Shown: positions 1-9,100 of the stretch, one piece after another
Numbering within the stretch: the first letter of the stretch is position 1
Layout: every line of letters starts with the position of its first letter
Assembly: GCA_964396055.1 (NCBI GenBank)
Contig: CAYNDV010000004.1
Location: 9,284 to 73,283 of the forward strand
DNA length: 64,000 bases
DNA from: an uncultured Vicinamibacterales bacterium
Lineage (GTDB): Bacteria; Acidobacteriota; Vicinamibacteria; Vicinamibacterales; JAKQTR01
Direction: 5' to 3'
The notes under the pieces: model-generated
Told to the model about the DNA's origin: nothing
The model's input: the letters and a program-made list of their open reading frames with translations, nothing else
Databases searched by the model: none
Program-made: the position numbers and the translations under genes

Positions 1-1004
1 GGCCGGCCCAGGGCGCCGGCCAGGTGCCCGGCAGACGTGTCGACCGTGATCACGAGATCGAGGCCGGCCATCAGGGCGGCCGTATCGGCAAAGTCGCGAT
101 GGCGGTCCGACAGGTCGACCAGCACCCCGCCCCAGGGGGCGGCGCGCGTTTCGTCCGGCGCCGGGCCGAACTGCAGGCTGTACCACCGGATGCCCGGTAT
201 CTGCGCCAGGGGCGCGAACCGTCCGAGCGGCATCGATCGGCGATCGTCGCGTTTGTGGCCGGGATTGCCCGCCCAGACGATGCCGACGCGCAGCGCGGCG
301 TCCTCCTCGTCCACGGCTGCGAGCGGGGCTGGCTCGGCCGTCAGGTAGGGCACGCCGGCCGGAATGGTGTCGAGGGTGGTTCCGAAGGCGAGCGGCAGGC
401 TCATGAGCGGGCACTGCCACGCGACGGGCGGGAGCGCCTCTCCCTTCATCACGACCTGGCTGACACCCGGCAGGCTCCGCATGAGCCGCACCAGCGGTTT
501 CGGCACCTCCAGGATCACCTCGCCTCCCCGTGCCGCGACCAGCGGGGCGTAGCGCGCGAACTGGATGGCGTCACCCAGCCCCTGCTCGGCGTGGAGCAGG
601 ATGCGGGTGCCCCTCAGCGGTTCACCGCGCCACAGGGGCTGGGTGAATCCCCGCGGCGCGTCGGCGAAGTCCTTCCACCGCCAGCGCCACTCGTATTCAC
701 GCCAGCCTTCCGCGAAGGCGCCCTGGCGCAGCAGTTCGACAGCGAGTCCGAACCGGGCGCCCGCGTGGGAGGGGTCCACCTCGATGGCGCGGCGGTAGGC
801 CGTGAACATCGGCTCCCATGCCCCTCGTTCAGCGTGCCTCGTCGCGAGGGCCACGTGGCCGAGCGTGACGCAGGCGCGTGCGGACGGGTGGCCCGGCGCC
901 AGGGCCAGCGCCCGTTCGAAGGCCGCGAGGCCGGCCTCGGGGTCGGCGCCGAAGAGCCGGTTGCCCTGCTGCAGGAGCGCCAGCACGTCGGGCGGCGCGG
1001 TCAT
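1..1004 (-). CDS. TPR-repeat / GT9-like (heptosyltransferase-fold) glycosyltransferase; the C-terminal end runs off the window start. Absent from the supplied ORF track.
   Basis: Own translation of the minus strand from the ATG at 1004-1002, which forms an ATGA overlap with the stop of the upstream GT4 gene. Sequence: MTAPPDVLALLQQGNRLFGADPEAGLAAFERALALAPGHPSARACVTLGHV...AYRRAIEVDPSHAGARFGLAVELLRQGAFAEGWREYEWRWRWKDFAD...LLHAEQGLGDAIQFARYAPL. TPR-like helices are followed by the EYEWRW and EQGLGDxIQFxRY signatures typical of TPR-GT9-like proteins. I checked the frame at three stretches (~1004-661 and 600-541) and found it open there, but did not translate 1-540 or 601-660. The antisense track ORF 24..1694 has an uninterrupted R/G/P-rich composition. 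Confidence 0.6.
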   Translation of the reverse strand, partial: MTAPPDVLALLQQGNRLFGADPEAGLAAFERALALAPGHPSARACVTLGHVALATRHAERGAWEPMFTAYRRAIEVDPSHAGARFGLAVELLRQGAFAEGWREYEWRWRWKDFADAPRGFTQPLWRGEPLRGTRILLHAEQGLGDAIQFARYAPLVAARGGEVILEVPKPLVRLMRSLPGVSQVVMKGEALPPVAWQCPLMSLPLAFGTTLDTIPAGVPYLTAEPAPLAAVDEEDAALRVGIVWAGNPGHKRDDRRSMPLGRFAPLAQIPGIRWYSLQFGPAPDETRAAPWGGVLVDLSDRHRDFADTAALMAGLDLVITVDTSAGHLAGALGR

Positions 1005-2197
1005 GCGGCCCCCGCCTGCGCCAGCACGAGCGCCTTCAGCGCGCGGGCGTGGTCTCCCCATGTGCGGCCGTTCGCGCGCAGCCATGCCGAGCCGCGCCCG
1101 CCGATGGCCCGGCCACGGTCCCGGTTCGCATGGACGAACTCGAGCGCCTCGACGATCTCGTCGATGTCGCTCTCGCCCCAGCCGTCGGTGCCGCCGGTGC
1201 CCGCAGGCGGGGAGACGGGCCGCTGGGTCCGCAGCGGCAGGCACCATCCGTCACCGGCGCGGTCGTCGGCCAACGCCGGGCTCAGCAGATCGCGCGTGCC
1301 CGTGTTGTCCGACACGATGACCGGGACGCCGCAGGCCATCGCTTCCTTCGCCGGCAGGTTCGTGCAGGCTTCGGCCCGCGACGGCTGCAGGCTGACGTCC
1401 ATCTCGCGCAGCACCTGGGGCATCAACTGGTTCGGGATCGGCCCGATGTCGATCACCTGCGACGGGGGAATCCCGTTGGCGACGGCCCACTGCACCGCGT
1501 CGACGCGGCCCTGGTCATCGAGCGTCACGGGGTGTGCGAGCCGGCCCGAGAATCCCGCCGAGAGCTTCGGCCACGGCGAGTGCCACGAGGTGACGAGCAC
1601 GGCGTCCGGATGGCGCGCGGCAAACGCCCGGAACGCGAGCACCACGAGATCCTGTGCCTTGCGGTACTCGATCTTGCCACCGGAGAAGACGTAGAAGCGC
1701 GAGGGATCGAGCAGGCCGGATCGGGGCCCCGGGCAGAACAGCGAGGCGTCGATGCCCTCATGAATCAGGTGAACGGGCCTTGTCGCGTGGGCGCTCACGA
1801 GGTCGCGCGCCCAGGTGGATGCGACCAGCAGCGTGTCGTACGGGCGCATGCGCGCCTCGAATCCCCGGAACCGGGTGTCCTCGAAAATCAGGCGCCCGAT
1901 GTTGGCCGAGCCCCGGAACCGGGTGGGCGCGAAGCCGTTGCCGAGGCCGTGGATCACCGGGCAGTCGAACTGCAGGACGGCGTCGGCACCGGCGGCCGCG
2001 ATACGGGCGGCGCAGGCGTTGGTCTCGGCGACCGCCGGCGCGATCGCCGCGCGGCGCAGCGGATCCATCCAGCGCAGGTCATCCTGAGCGATGGGCACGA
2101 CCATGAGCGGCGTCACGTTCGGATCCACGGCCCAGTGGCAGAAGACGTTCAAGCCGAGGATGCCCCAGCCGAAGGTGGACGCGGCCTGCCAGGTCAT
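1001..2197 (-). CDS. GT-B glycosyltransferase (GT4 / Glycos_transf_1-like)
   Basis: C-terminal 398 aa of track ORF 1001..3448, trimmed to MTWQAASTFGWGILGLNVF (ATG at 2197). Contains the EX7E-type motif region SRAEACTNLPAKEAMACGVPVIVSDNTGTRDLL. The upstream 417 aa of the track ORF is R/G/P junk. Confidence 0.8.
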   Translation of the reverse strand: MTWQAASTFGWGILGLNVFCHWAVDPNVTPLMVVPIAQDDLRWMDPLRRAAIAPAVAETNACAARIAAAGADAVLQFDCPVIHGLGNGFAPTRFRGSANIGRLIFEDTRFRGFEARMRPYDTLLVASTWARDLVSAHATRPVHLIHEGIDASLFCPGPRSGLLDPSRFYVFSGGKIEYRKAQDLVVLAFRAFAARHPDAVLVTSWHSPWPKLSAGFSGRLAHPVTLDDQGRVDAVQWAVANGIPPSQVIDIGPIPNQLMPQVLREMDVSLQPSRAEACTNLPAKEAMACGVPVIVSDNTGTRDLLSPALADDRAGDGWCLPLRTQRPVSPPAGTGGTDGWGESDIDEIVEALEFVHANRDRGRAIGGRGSAWLRANGRTWGDHARALKALVLAQAGAA

Positions 2198-2208
2198 GAC
2201 GACGGATG

Positions 2209-3144
2209 TCACGAGGCCACCCGCTCTCCGGCCCGGGCCGGGACGCGGCCCGCATCGTTCCGCAGTCGCTGCACGTCGGCCCATTCGAGGCCGACCGGGC
2301 GATCCATGCGCAGCCCGGACCCGGCCAGCGGCAGGGCGACGCCCTTGCCGATGACGTGGGTCGAGAGGTGGACGAGGCGCAGCGGATCGTACGGCGGATT
2401 GGGATCGACGAGGAGCCTTCGGGCCGGGTCCCACGCCGGCACGGCCAGGCAGACCAGCCAGTTGTAGGTGGCCGGGAACCGGCGCACGGGGAGCCGCTGG
2501 GCCTGCAGGGTGACGTTGAAGGCGGCCTGTTCCACGATCCGGCTCTCGTCGTCGATGACCGGCAGGCGATCGAGGCCGTCCTGCAGGTGTCGGCGCCAGC
2601 CGGCCCAGAGCGGCGAGTCGGTCCGGGCTGCCCAGAAGCCGCTGTTGATCACCGGGGCGCCCCGCATGAGGCGGGCCACGTCGCTGCCGAAGCAGCGGTG
2701 GTACATGCGGGCCTCCGCGTCCCAGACACGGAAGCCTTCGACGAACTTGAAGTACCCCCGATCCACCTCCGGCACGGCCGCCATGCCGGTTCCCGACGCC
2801 TCGTGGACGAGTTCCGCCACGGCCGACGCGTCCTGGAACCACGCATCCGCGTCGACCCAGACGAGGATGTCGGCGCCAGAGACGACCTCGTTCAAGTACG
2901 GGCGCGCGAGCATCGCGCCGAAGCCGGGGAACGCGGCCTCCACCTGCGCCCGGGCCGGATAGGCGTGGGGGTAGGTGAACCGTTCGAGGGTCACGCCGCG
3001 GGCGCCGAGCCAGTCGCGCTGCACCGGGTCGAGACCGAGATCCAGGACGACGGGGGCCGCCTCGACCGCCGCAAGCGAGCCAAGCAGGCCCTGCAGGCAC
3101 CCGAAGTACTTCGCGTCGGCGGCGGTGACCACCCGGTACGTCAT
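2209..3144 (-). CDS. GT-A fold nucleotide-diphospho-sugar transferase (GT8-like)
   Basis: Track ORF 2209..3297 trimmed to MTYRVVTAADAKYFGCLQGLLGSL (ATG at 3144). It has a DxD motif in ILVWVDADAWF, and the AADxKY N-terminus is typical of GT8-like enzymes. Confidence 0.6.
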   Translation of the reverse strand: MTYRVVTAADAKYFGCLQGLLGSLAAVEAAPVVLDLGLDPVQRDWLGARGVTLERFTYPHAYPARAQVEAAFPGFGAMLARPYLNEVVSGADILVWVDADAWFQDASAVAELVHEASGTGMAAVPEVDRGYFKFVEGFRVWDAEARMYHRCFGSDVARLMRGAPVINSGFWAARTDSPLWAGWRRHLQDGLDRLPVIDDESRIVEQAAFNVTLQAQRLPVRRFPATYNWLVCLAVPAWDPARRLLVDPNPPYDPLRLVHLSTHVIGKGVALPLAGSGLRMDRPVGLEWADVQRLRNDAGRVPARAGERVAS

Positions 3145-3345
3145 GGCGATGTTCGATCCCTGGCGGCATGTCCGGCCGGCTGGTGTCGGATGACCGACAC
3201 ACCCTCCGTGGACAGGCGCCCTGGCTTGACGGCCTGTGCGTGCGATTCGAAGCCGCCCGCGTCCGCGCGGGCGCGCTGCCATGGTGGGTCTGCACAAAGA
3301 GTTCCATATCCGGCGTCGCTCCCGGCGCGGCCGCGGCGGATGGCG

Positions 3346-3361
3346 TGGCGTTCACTTTGCA
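3346..3361 (+). promoter_or_regulatory. Candidate sigma54 (-24/-12) promoter upstream of maf
   Basis: TGGCGT-TCACT-TTGCA, with GG at 3347-3348 and GC at 3359-3360 (GG-N10-GC spacing and a perfect TTGCA -12 element). It lies in the 383-nt divergent intergenic region. The implied 5' UTR to the GTG at 3528 is ~155 nt. Confidence 0.4.
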
Positions 3362-3527
3362 GCGTGAACCCGCATCCGGCTGTCCGCCGCCTGCCGCCGG
3401 CGGGCCTGGCAGACGGAAGTTCTTGTTCTTGCAGCCACTTGCGCACATGTGCGCGGCTGGCGGGCCTGTATCCGGTGTGGCCGGGTGTCGGGGCGCCGGT
3501 CGGCTCGTGCGTCAACCAGGAGACGAC

Positions 3528-6113
3528 GTGATCGGTCGGAAGGACAAGCACGCGGTGGATGTCCGTCTCGATCCCGGTCCCGGCGGGCCGACGTTGTCGA
3601 TCCGGACACCGGACGGCCGGTGGCTCCAGTACCACAGCCGCCGCGACCCCGTTGCCGAGGCCGACCGCCTGGTCGCACCTGCGTTCGCGTCCGGGACACC
3701 CCCGGTGGTGGTGCTGGTGGGCTCCGGGCTGGGCTACCTGATCGACGCCGTGGAGCGCCGATCGCCAGACACCAGGATCATCACGCTCGAGCCCTGGCCT
3801 GTCACGATTCCGATGCTGCATCAGCGGCGGGACTGGACCGCCGCGATCGACGGCGGGCGCCTGCTGATCCTCGAGGGGCCCGAGTATGGCGGCCGCGTGG
3901 CGGCCGCCACGCGGCTGGGAGACCACGATGCCCCGGTGATCGTTCACCCGATCGTCGAGCGCGAGTTCGCCGGCGAAGCGGCCCGCGCCCGCGCCGTGGT
4001 GTCGCAGTTGATCGATGGCGCCAGGGCCAACGCGGAAGCCAGGCGGGCCTTCGCCGGACGATACCTCCGCAACGTGCTCATCAACACCCCCGTCATCGTC
4101 AGGGAGGCCGACGCGGGGTGCCTGGCCGGTCTCGCGCACGGCCTGCCGGCCGTGGTGGTGGCCGCAGGTCCGTCGCTCGACGACAACCTGCCGGCGCTGC
4201 AGCGCTACCACGGACGGGCGCTGATCATCGCCGTCGACACGGCCCTGCGCCCGCTCGTGGCGGCCGGCATCCGGCCCCACCTCGTTGTCGGCGTCGACCC
4301 GAGCGAGATCAATGCCCGGCATCTCACCGATCTGCCCGACGTCTCCGACGTGCACCTCGTTGCCGAAGGCAGCCTCAATCCGCGGGTGTTCCCCGCGTTT
4401 GCCGGCCGCACGTTTACCTTCAAGGTGAGCCATCACCACCCCTGGCCATGGCTGGCGGCGTACGGGGCCGGCCGCGCGACGCTGAAGGCCTGGGGGTCTG
4501 TGCTCACCACGGCGTTCGACGTCGCCTGCCTGACCGGTGCCGATCCCATCGTGTTTGCCGGCGCCGACCTCGCGTACACGAAGGGGCTGTTGTACTGCCG
4601 GAACACCGCCTACGAGCCAGAGTGGGCGCACCTTGACACCGACGACGCCCGCGCGCGCGAGTTCGCGCCACTGATGACGGGCCCCGGCCGGTTCGTCACC
4701 ACCGACGTGACCGGCGGCCACGTGACCACGGCCGGGCACTTCGTGCAGTTCCGCGACTGGATCGCGGCGCGCGCGGCCGAGGTGCCGGGCCGGCGGGTGG
4801 TGAACGGCACGGGGGCGGGCATCCTCGAAGGTCGAGCCATCGACCAGGCGGATCTGGCGGAGGTGCCGCTGGCCGATGGTGTGGACGCAGGCGCCGTCCT
4901 CCGCGATCGCGTGGCTGCCCGATGGGCGGCGTCGGTCACGGAGTCGCCCGCCGACGGTCTGCGTCTGGCCGGGGCCGCAGACGACGTCGCGCACGGCGCA
5001 TCGCCACTGGATCAGTGGGTGGCGTTCGCGGCCGAGCCGTCGTCCGCCGCCTGGATTCGCCCGTGCCTCGAGCATGCGGCGCGTACGCTTGAGGGGCGGC
5101 CGCATCGGCGCGAACGGCTGCGGCGCTGGGCCGATCTCCGCGCCGAATCCCGGGTCCTGGTCGCCGGCGGCGGTGGCCCGGCGCGCGACCTCCGCCGCAG
5201 GCTTGCCGGCGCGCGGCGCGATGTGGTGATGCTCGGCTTTCTCGCCGATGGCGGGCCCGGCTCCCTCGACGGGTTCCCCGTCCTCCCCGGGTCACGCACG
5301 CTCGAATCGGACTACGACACCGTGCTCGCGCCGGAGTCGGCACCTCCGGACGACAACGGTCCATGCATGCCGCCGCCGGACGTTCCGGTCACGGTGTGCG
5401 ACCCGGCCCTCTGGCGCCGCCGCATCGGCGAGTACTCGCGGCTCGAGACCGTCGTCGGCGATCTGTTCGGCGAACGCCCCGTGCTCATCGCCGGTCCGGG
5501 TGCGGCGCTGACCGACGAGGTGAGCCGGCGTTATGCGGTGGTGGCCGTCAGCGAGGTCGGTCGCGGCGTGCCCCGCGCCGACGTCGTGGTGCTGCTCAAC
5601 CTGCAGAAACTGCTCTCGCTGGTCTTCGATGCGGAGGGCCTCGGGCGCTGGGGTCGCGTGCTCGTGCCGGATGGCCTCATGAAGCGGTTTCCCGATCCGC
5701 ATCCGGCCGGCCGGCCCTTCGGTCCGGACGCCTGCGCCGGTCTGGTCCCGGAATACCGGGACGCCTGGGGCTGGGACCGGCTGGTGCCATTCGAGCAGGT
5801 GGATCGCCTGGTGGACTTCGGCTGGATCGCCGAGCGGCTGGTGTGCGGCCGTCTCGAGAACGTGTACGCCGATCCGTCCGCGCACCCCGAATGGACCCGC
5901 CACGATCCGGGGTTGCAGGCGTTCGATCCGGCCGCCATGAGTCCCGGCCTGGTCAAGTCGGCCTGCAATCCCACCCACCTCGGGATCTGCCTGGCGTACC
6001 ACGCGGGCATCCGGCACGTCCACACGGCCGCCGTCGACGAGACCAGGGTCGACGCCGTACTGGCGCGCCTGGGGATGACCCGCACACGCCTGGATGAAGA
6101 CCACCCGGCCTGA
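3528..6113 (+). CDS. maf: Maf-type motility accessory factor glycosyltransferase (DUF115 / MptE-like) with a ~280-aa C-terminal extension
   Basis: Track ORF 3168..6113 trimmed to the GTG at 3528 (AGGAGA Shine-Dalgarno 5 nt upstream). The core is typical of flagellin-modifying Maf proteins: LPAVVVAAGPSLDDNLPALQRYHGRALIIAVDTALRPLVAAGIRPHLVVGVDP...IVFAGADLAYT. The C-terminal part carries a Rossmann-like RVLVAGGGGPARDLRRRLAGARRDVVMLGFLADGG module plus an unassigned domain. Confidence 0.75.
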   Translation: MIGRKDKHAVDVRLDPGPGGPTLSIRTPDGRWLQYHSRRDPVAEADRLVAPAFASGTPPVVVLVGSGLGYLIDAVERRSPDTRIITLEPWPVTIPMLHQRRDWTAAIDGGRLLILEGPEYGGRVAAATRLGDHDAPVIVHPIVEREFAGEAARARAVVSQLIDGARANAEARRAFAGRYLRNVLINTPVIVREADAGCLAGLAHGLPAVVVAAGPSLDDNLPALQRYHGRALIIAVDTALRPLVAAGIRPHLVVGVDPSEINARHLTDLPDVSDVHLVAEGSLNPRVFPAFAGRTFTFKVSHHHPWPWLAAYGAGRATLKAWGSVLTTAFDVACLTGADPIVFAGADLAYTKGLLYCRNTAYEPEWAHLDTDDARAREFAPLMTGPGRFVTTDVTGGHVTTAGHFVQFRDWIAARAAEVPGRRVVNGTGAGILEGRAIDQADLAEVPLADGVDAGAVLRDRVAARWAASVTESPADGLRLAGAADDVAHGASPLDQWVAFAAEPSSAAWIRPCLEHAARTLEGRPHRRERLRRWADLRAESRVLVAGGGGPARDLRRRLAGARRDVVMLGFLADGGPGSLDGFPVLPGSRTLESDYDTVLAPESAPPDDNGPCMPPPDVPVTVCDPALWRRRIGEYSRLETVVGDLFGERPVLIAGPGAALTDEVSRRYAVVAVSEVGRGVPRADVVVLLNLQKLLSLVFDAEGLGRWGRVLVPDGLMKRFPDPHPAGRPFGPDACAGLVPEYRDAWGWDRLVPFEQVDRLVDFGWIAERLVCGRLENVYADPSAHPEWTRHDPGLQAFDPAAMSPGLVKSACNPTHLGICLAYHAGIRHVHTAAVDETRVDAVLARLGMTRTRLDEDHPA

Positions 6114-6137
6114 ACGTTCCCCGGCCTGCGGGGCGCT

Positions 6138-9100
6138 TCAGTACCCGTGCTCCTTGTAGAACTCCGGGTACTGCGCGCGCATCTCGTCGATCGTCACGTC
6201 GATGACCGGGGCCTTGTCGTATCGTGCGCCATGGCCCTCGAAGAACAGGCTCACCGGATCCCATCGGTCGTGCCGGTACGGCCGGACGGCCGTGCGCCTC
6301 GCCTCAATCTCCGCCAGGACCGCCCGCAGTTCGTCGTCTCCGAGATCGAGGCCCAGCACCCTCGCCACGCGCGCCAGTTCGGCGTGCTGGTCCTCCAGCA
6401 CAGATTCGTAGTGCAGGTCGTAGTGGCCGTGTGGCTTCCACCGCAAGTGGCGGCCGATCAGCGCGTGGGCGTCTTCCGGGTAGTTCGGGAAGCGGAGGAT
6501 CCACGATCGGAGCGCAGCCAACGGCTCGCGATGCGAGGTGAGGATCACGTCTCCAAGGCGCCGGTACAGGGAGAAGTAGTTGTGCGTCTTGATGACGTAG
6601 TTCGTGTCGGCGGTATCGAAGGTCTCGAGCAGCAGCGGCCCGACCTCGTCTCCCAGTTTCGTGAGCACGGGTCTGGGCATCTCGGGATCCGGCAGCCGCC
6701 CTGGCGTCTCGTCCAGGGCGAAGACGGTTCGTCCGGGATAGTACTTCGACACGAGCAGGCTCACCGCGTTGTAGAGCCAGGTGCTGGCCGCCCGCTGCAT
6801 GCCCGCTACGACGATGACGCGCCCGCGCCGCGGCGTCGGCCGATCCGGGCCGGCCACGGGCCGGCCCAGGTCCGGCGGGGCGGTGACTTCCCGGCGTTCC
6901 CAGTCGGGCAGGACGAGGCTCCCGATGCTGCGGGGCACCGGATGGTCCGTGGCCCACGCCCGGTCGGGCGGGGCGACATGCTGCGGGTGACGCCGCGAGT
7001 AGTGGCGCGGGTCGGCGACGGGCTCGCCGTCCACCGGCACCAGCCACTGCGGCTGGTCCGCCCCGACCGGCGGGCCGTCGCAGATGGCGGCCAGGGCACA
7101 CGCCCGGCAGGGGCCGTCGGACGCGAGGTGTGCCGGAGACGCGACGCCCGCGAGACGTTCACGGACAGCGTAGTCGGCGGCGGCGAACCCGGTGACGTCC
7201 GGGCACGCCGGCGAGGCGGCGGGCCGCTCGTAGCGATAGGCCCGGGCGGCAGTCCCGAAACAGTGGATGGCACGGTCCAGCAGGCCCATGCGCTCGAGCC
7301 GTTCGGCGATGGCCAGCCGGGAGGACTCCGACGTGATCAGCACCGCGTCGGCCGGGTGGGAGGTGATCCAGTCGGCCGGGCGCCAGGGGTAGCCGTGCAA
7401 CGTGTCGCTCGTGCACATGCCCGGCGACGAGAGGAAACCGGCCACGATCACGCGGCGCGACAGCCACGGGTGCTCGTGGATGGCCTGGACGACCTCGAGG
7501 CCGACCGACGTGCTGCCGTACAGCCACACGACAAAGTGACGGACGCCGGAGGCGGGCACGCGGACGCTGAGGGCGCAGATGGCCCGGTGGGCGGCGGTAT
7601 CGGGCGGGCTCAGCGATGCGCCCGTGGCCGCCCTCGCGAGCCTGACCTGATCGGCCAGATCGGCTGGCGGATCGAACGCCGGAGCGACGTCACGCTGCCG
7701 CGGGGCCAGTGACCACGCTGCGCCTGACACCTCGGGCACCTGCAGGTCGTACGCCTCCTGCCGGCGGTTCCTGACATGCGGGCGATGGGCGTCGTCGAAG
7801 ACACAGAACGGCAGGCCACGGACCGTCGTTTCGATGCCCACGGCCTCGAGCCGGTCGATGGCCCGGCTGACCGCGGCGGCCAGTTGGGCGGCGGCGCCGC
7901 CGCCGGCAACTGGCGCGGCCGCATGAAACGTGACCGCGCACGCGCCATCGGCAATGGCCAGGTCGGCCGCGCATGCCGGCCAGTCGTTATCGCCGTCCCT
8001 CAGGCGGACGTCGAGCCTGGCCGGCACGCCCGCCTCGCGCAGGTGACCGAGCGCCGCCGACACGTCCCCACGGCGATCCGCCCCGGTGAGGGACAAGCGG
8101 ACGTCGTACGTCAGGCCCTCGGCGATGCGCCGGCAGGCCTCCGGGGTCAGCGTCGCCGCGTCGTCAATGACCAGCGTGGGCGCCAGGCCGATGTCGTGGC
8201 AGTACCCCGTGATCCGGTCACGTTCCGGGTGATCGATCACCTGGACGCCCTGCACGTCGACGGCGGCATGGTCGAACACGTCGACGAGTTGCCGTGCGAG
8301 GGCCATGACCTTGTCCGCGGGGACCCACCCGGCTCCGCCCGGTTCGCCCAGCCACAACACGCCACGCCGGCTGAGCGCCGTCACGGGAACCCGCGTCCCG
8401 CCCCGGCGGCGATCGGGGCCGGCGGATGCGGCGTCGATACGCAGCGCACGCCTGGTGTCGGCCGCCATGACCGTCACGTCGTGGGCCTGCTCCCAGAGCC
8501 GGCGGTTCCGGCGCCCGATCTCCGCGAGCACGCCCGGATCGGTGGCCAGGATGCCCTGCAACTGCTTCTTGATGGCCGCGCGCGAGAAGTTGCCGTCCAT
8601 CGGAATCGAGAATCCGCACCCGTGCTCCTGCACGTACTCGTGCAGGTGCCAGTCGGAGTGGCCCATCGAGATGACGGGCTTGCCCATGCACAGGTATTCG
8701 GAGAGCTTCGTCGAGAGCGAGTGCCTGAAGAGCGAGATGTGCTGATCGCGATAGGTGACCGTCGTGGCCAGGAAGTCCGATCGGCGGTAGATGTCGGTGA
8801 GCTGCTCGCGCCCGACCTGCCCCTTGTAGAACACGGCGTGGGGTACCGCGATCGCGTTGGCTTCCGGCGCGAACTCCCACGGCGTGTAGATGTGCAGGTG
8901 GACCCGCGTGCCCTCCGCGTTCAGTTCGGTGACCGCGCTGGCGAGCACCTTCAGGGTCTCGCCCTGCAGCGTGCGGTTCATCGCGCCGGCGTACGTGATG
9001 ATCGGAATGCGGTTCGGCGCGGTGCGCTCCGGCGCCCGGGCGAACGCCATCAGGTCGGAGCAGCAGTTGTTGGCGGGCACGTGGCGGTACCCGGACCGTT

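Noticed and set aside
24-1694. A 556-aa plus-strand ORF covering the first 1.7 kb, together with nested plus-strand ORFs at 878..2467 and 2206..3531.
   Set aside because: Their R/G/P/A/H-rich low-complexity translations carry no family signature. They lie exactly antisense to minus-strand frames that do carry clear TPR/GT9-like, GT4 and GT8-like motifs. This is the typical GC-rich antisense artefact.
3262-3283. A minus-strand sigma54-like sequence, TGGCAG-CGCGC-CCGCG, upstream of the GT8-like gene.
   Set aside because: Only the invariant GG and GC dinucleotides match, and the -12 region lacks TTGC. This is too weak to call in this base composition.
1001-3448. N-terminal extensions of several track ORFs: 1001..3448, 2209..3297, 3168..6113, 13508..14761, 16213..17628, 18098..19315, 19068..20288, 20269..21408, 21538..23547, 35562..36956, 42147..43244, 48096..50006, 49906..51765 and 52271..53698.
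   Set aside because: In each case the upstream part is low-complexity read-through across a neighbouring gene or intergenic region. An internal ATG/GTG with an SD, or an ATGA/GTGA coupling overlap, coincides with where the family homology begins. The starts were trimmed accordingly.
6114-6137. A CCCCG-GCCTG-CGGGG hairpin between the convergent maf and fusion genes, considered as a terminator.
   Set aside because: It has only a 5-bp stem and no T-tract. It may contribute to termination, but the evidence is too weak for a feature call.
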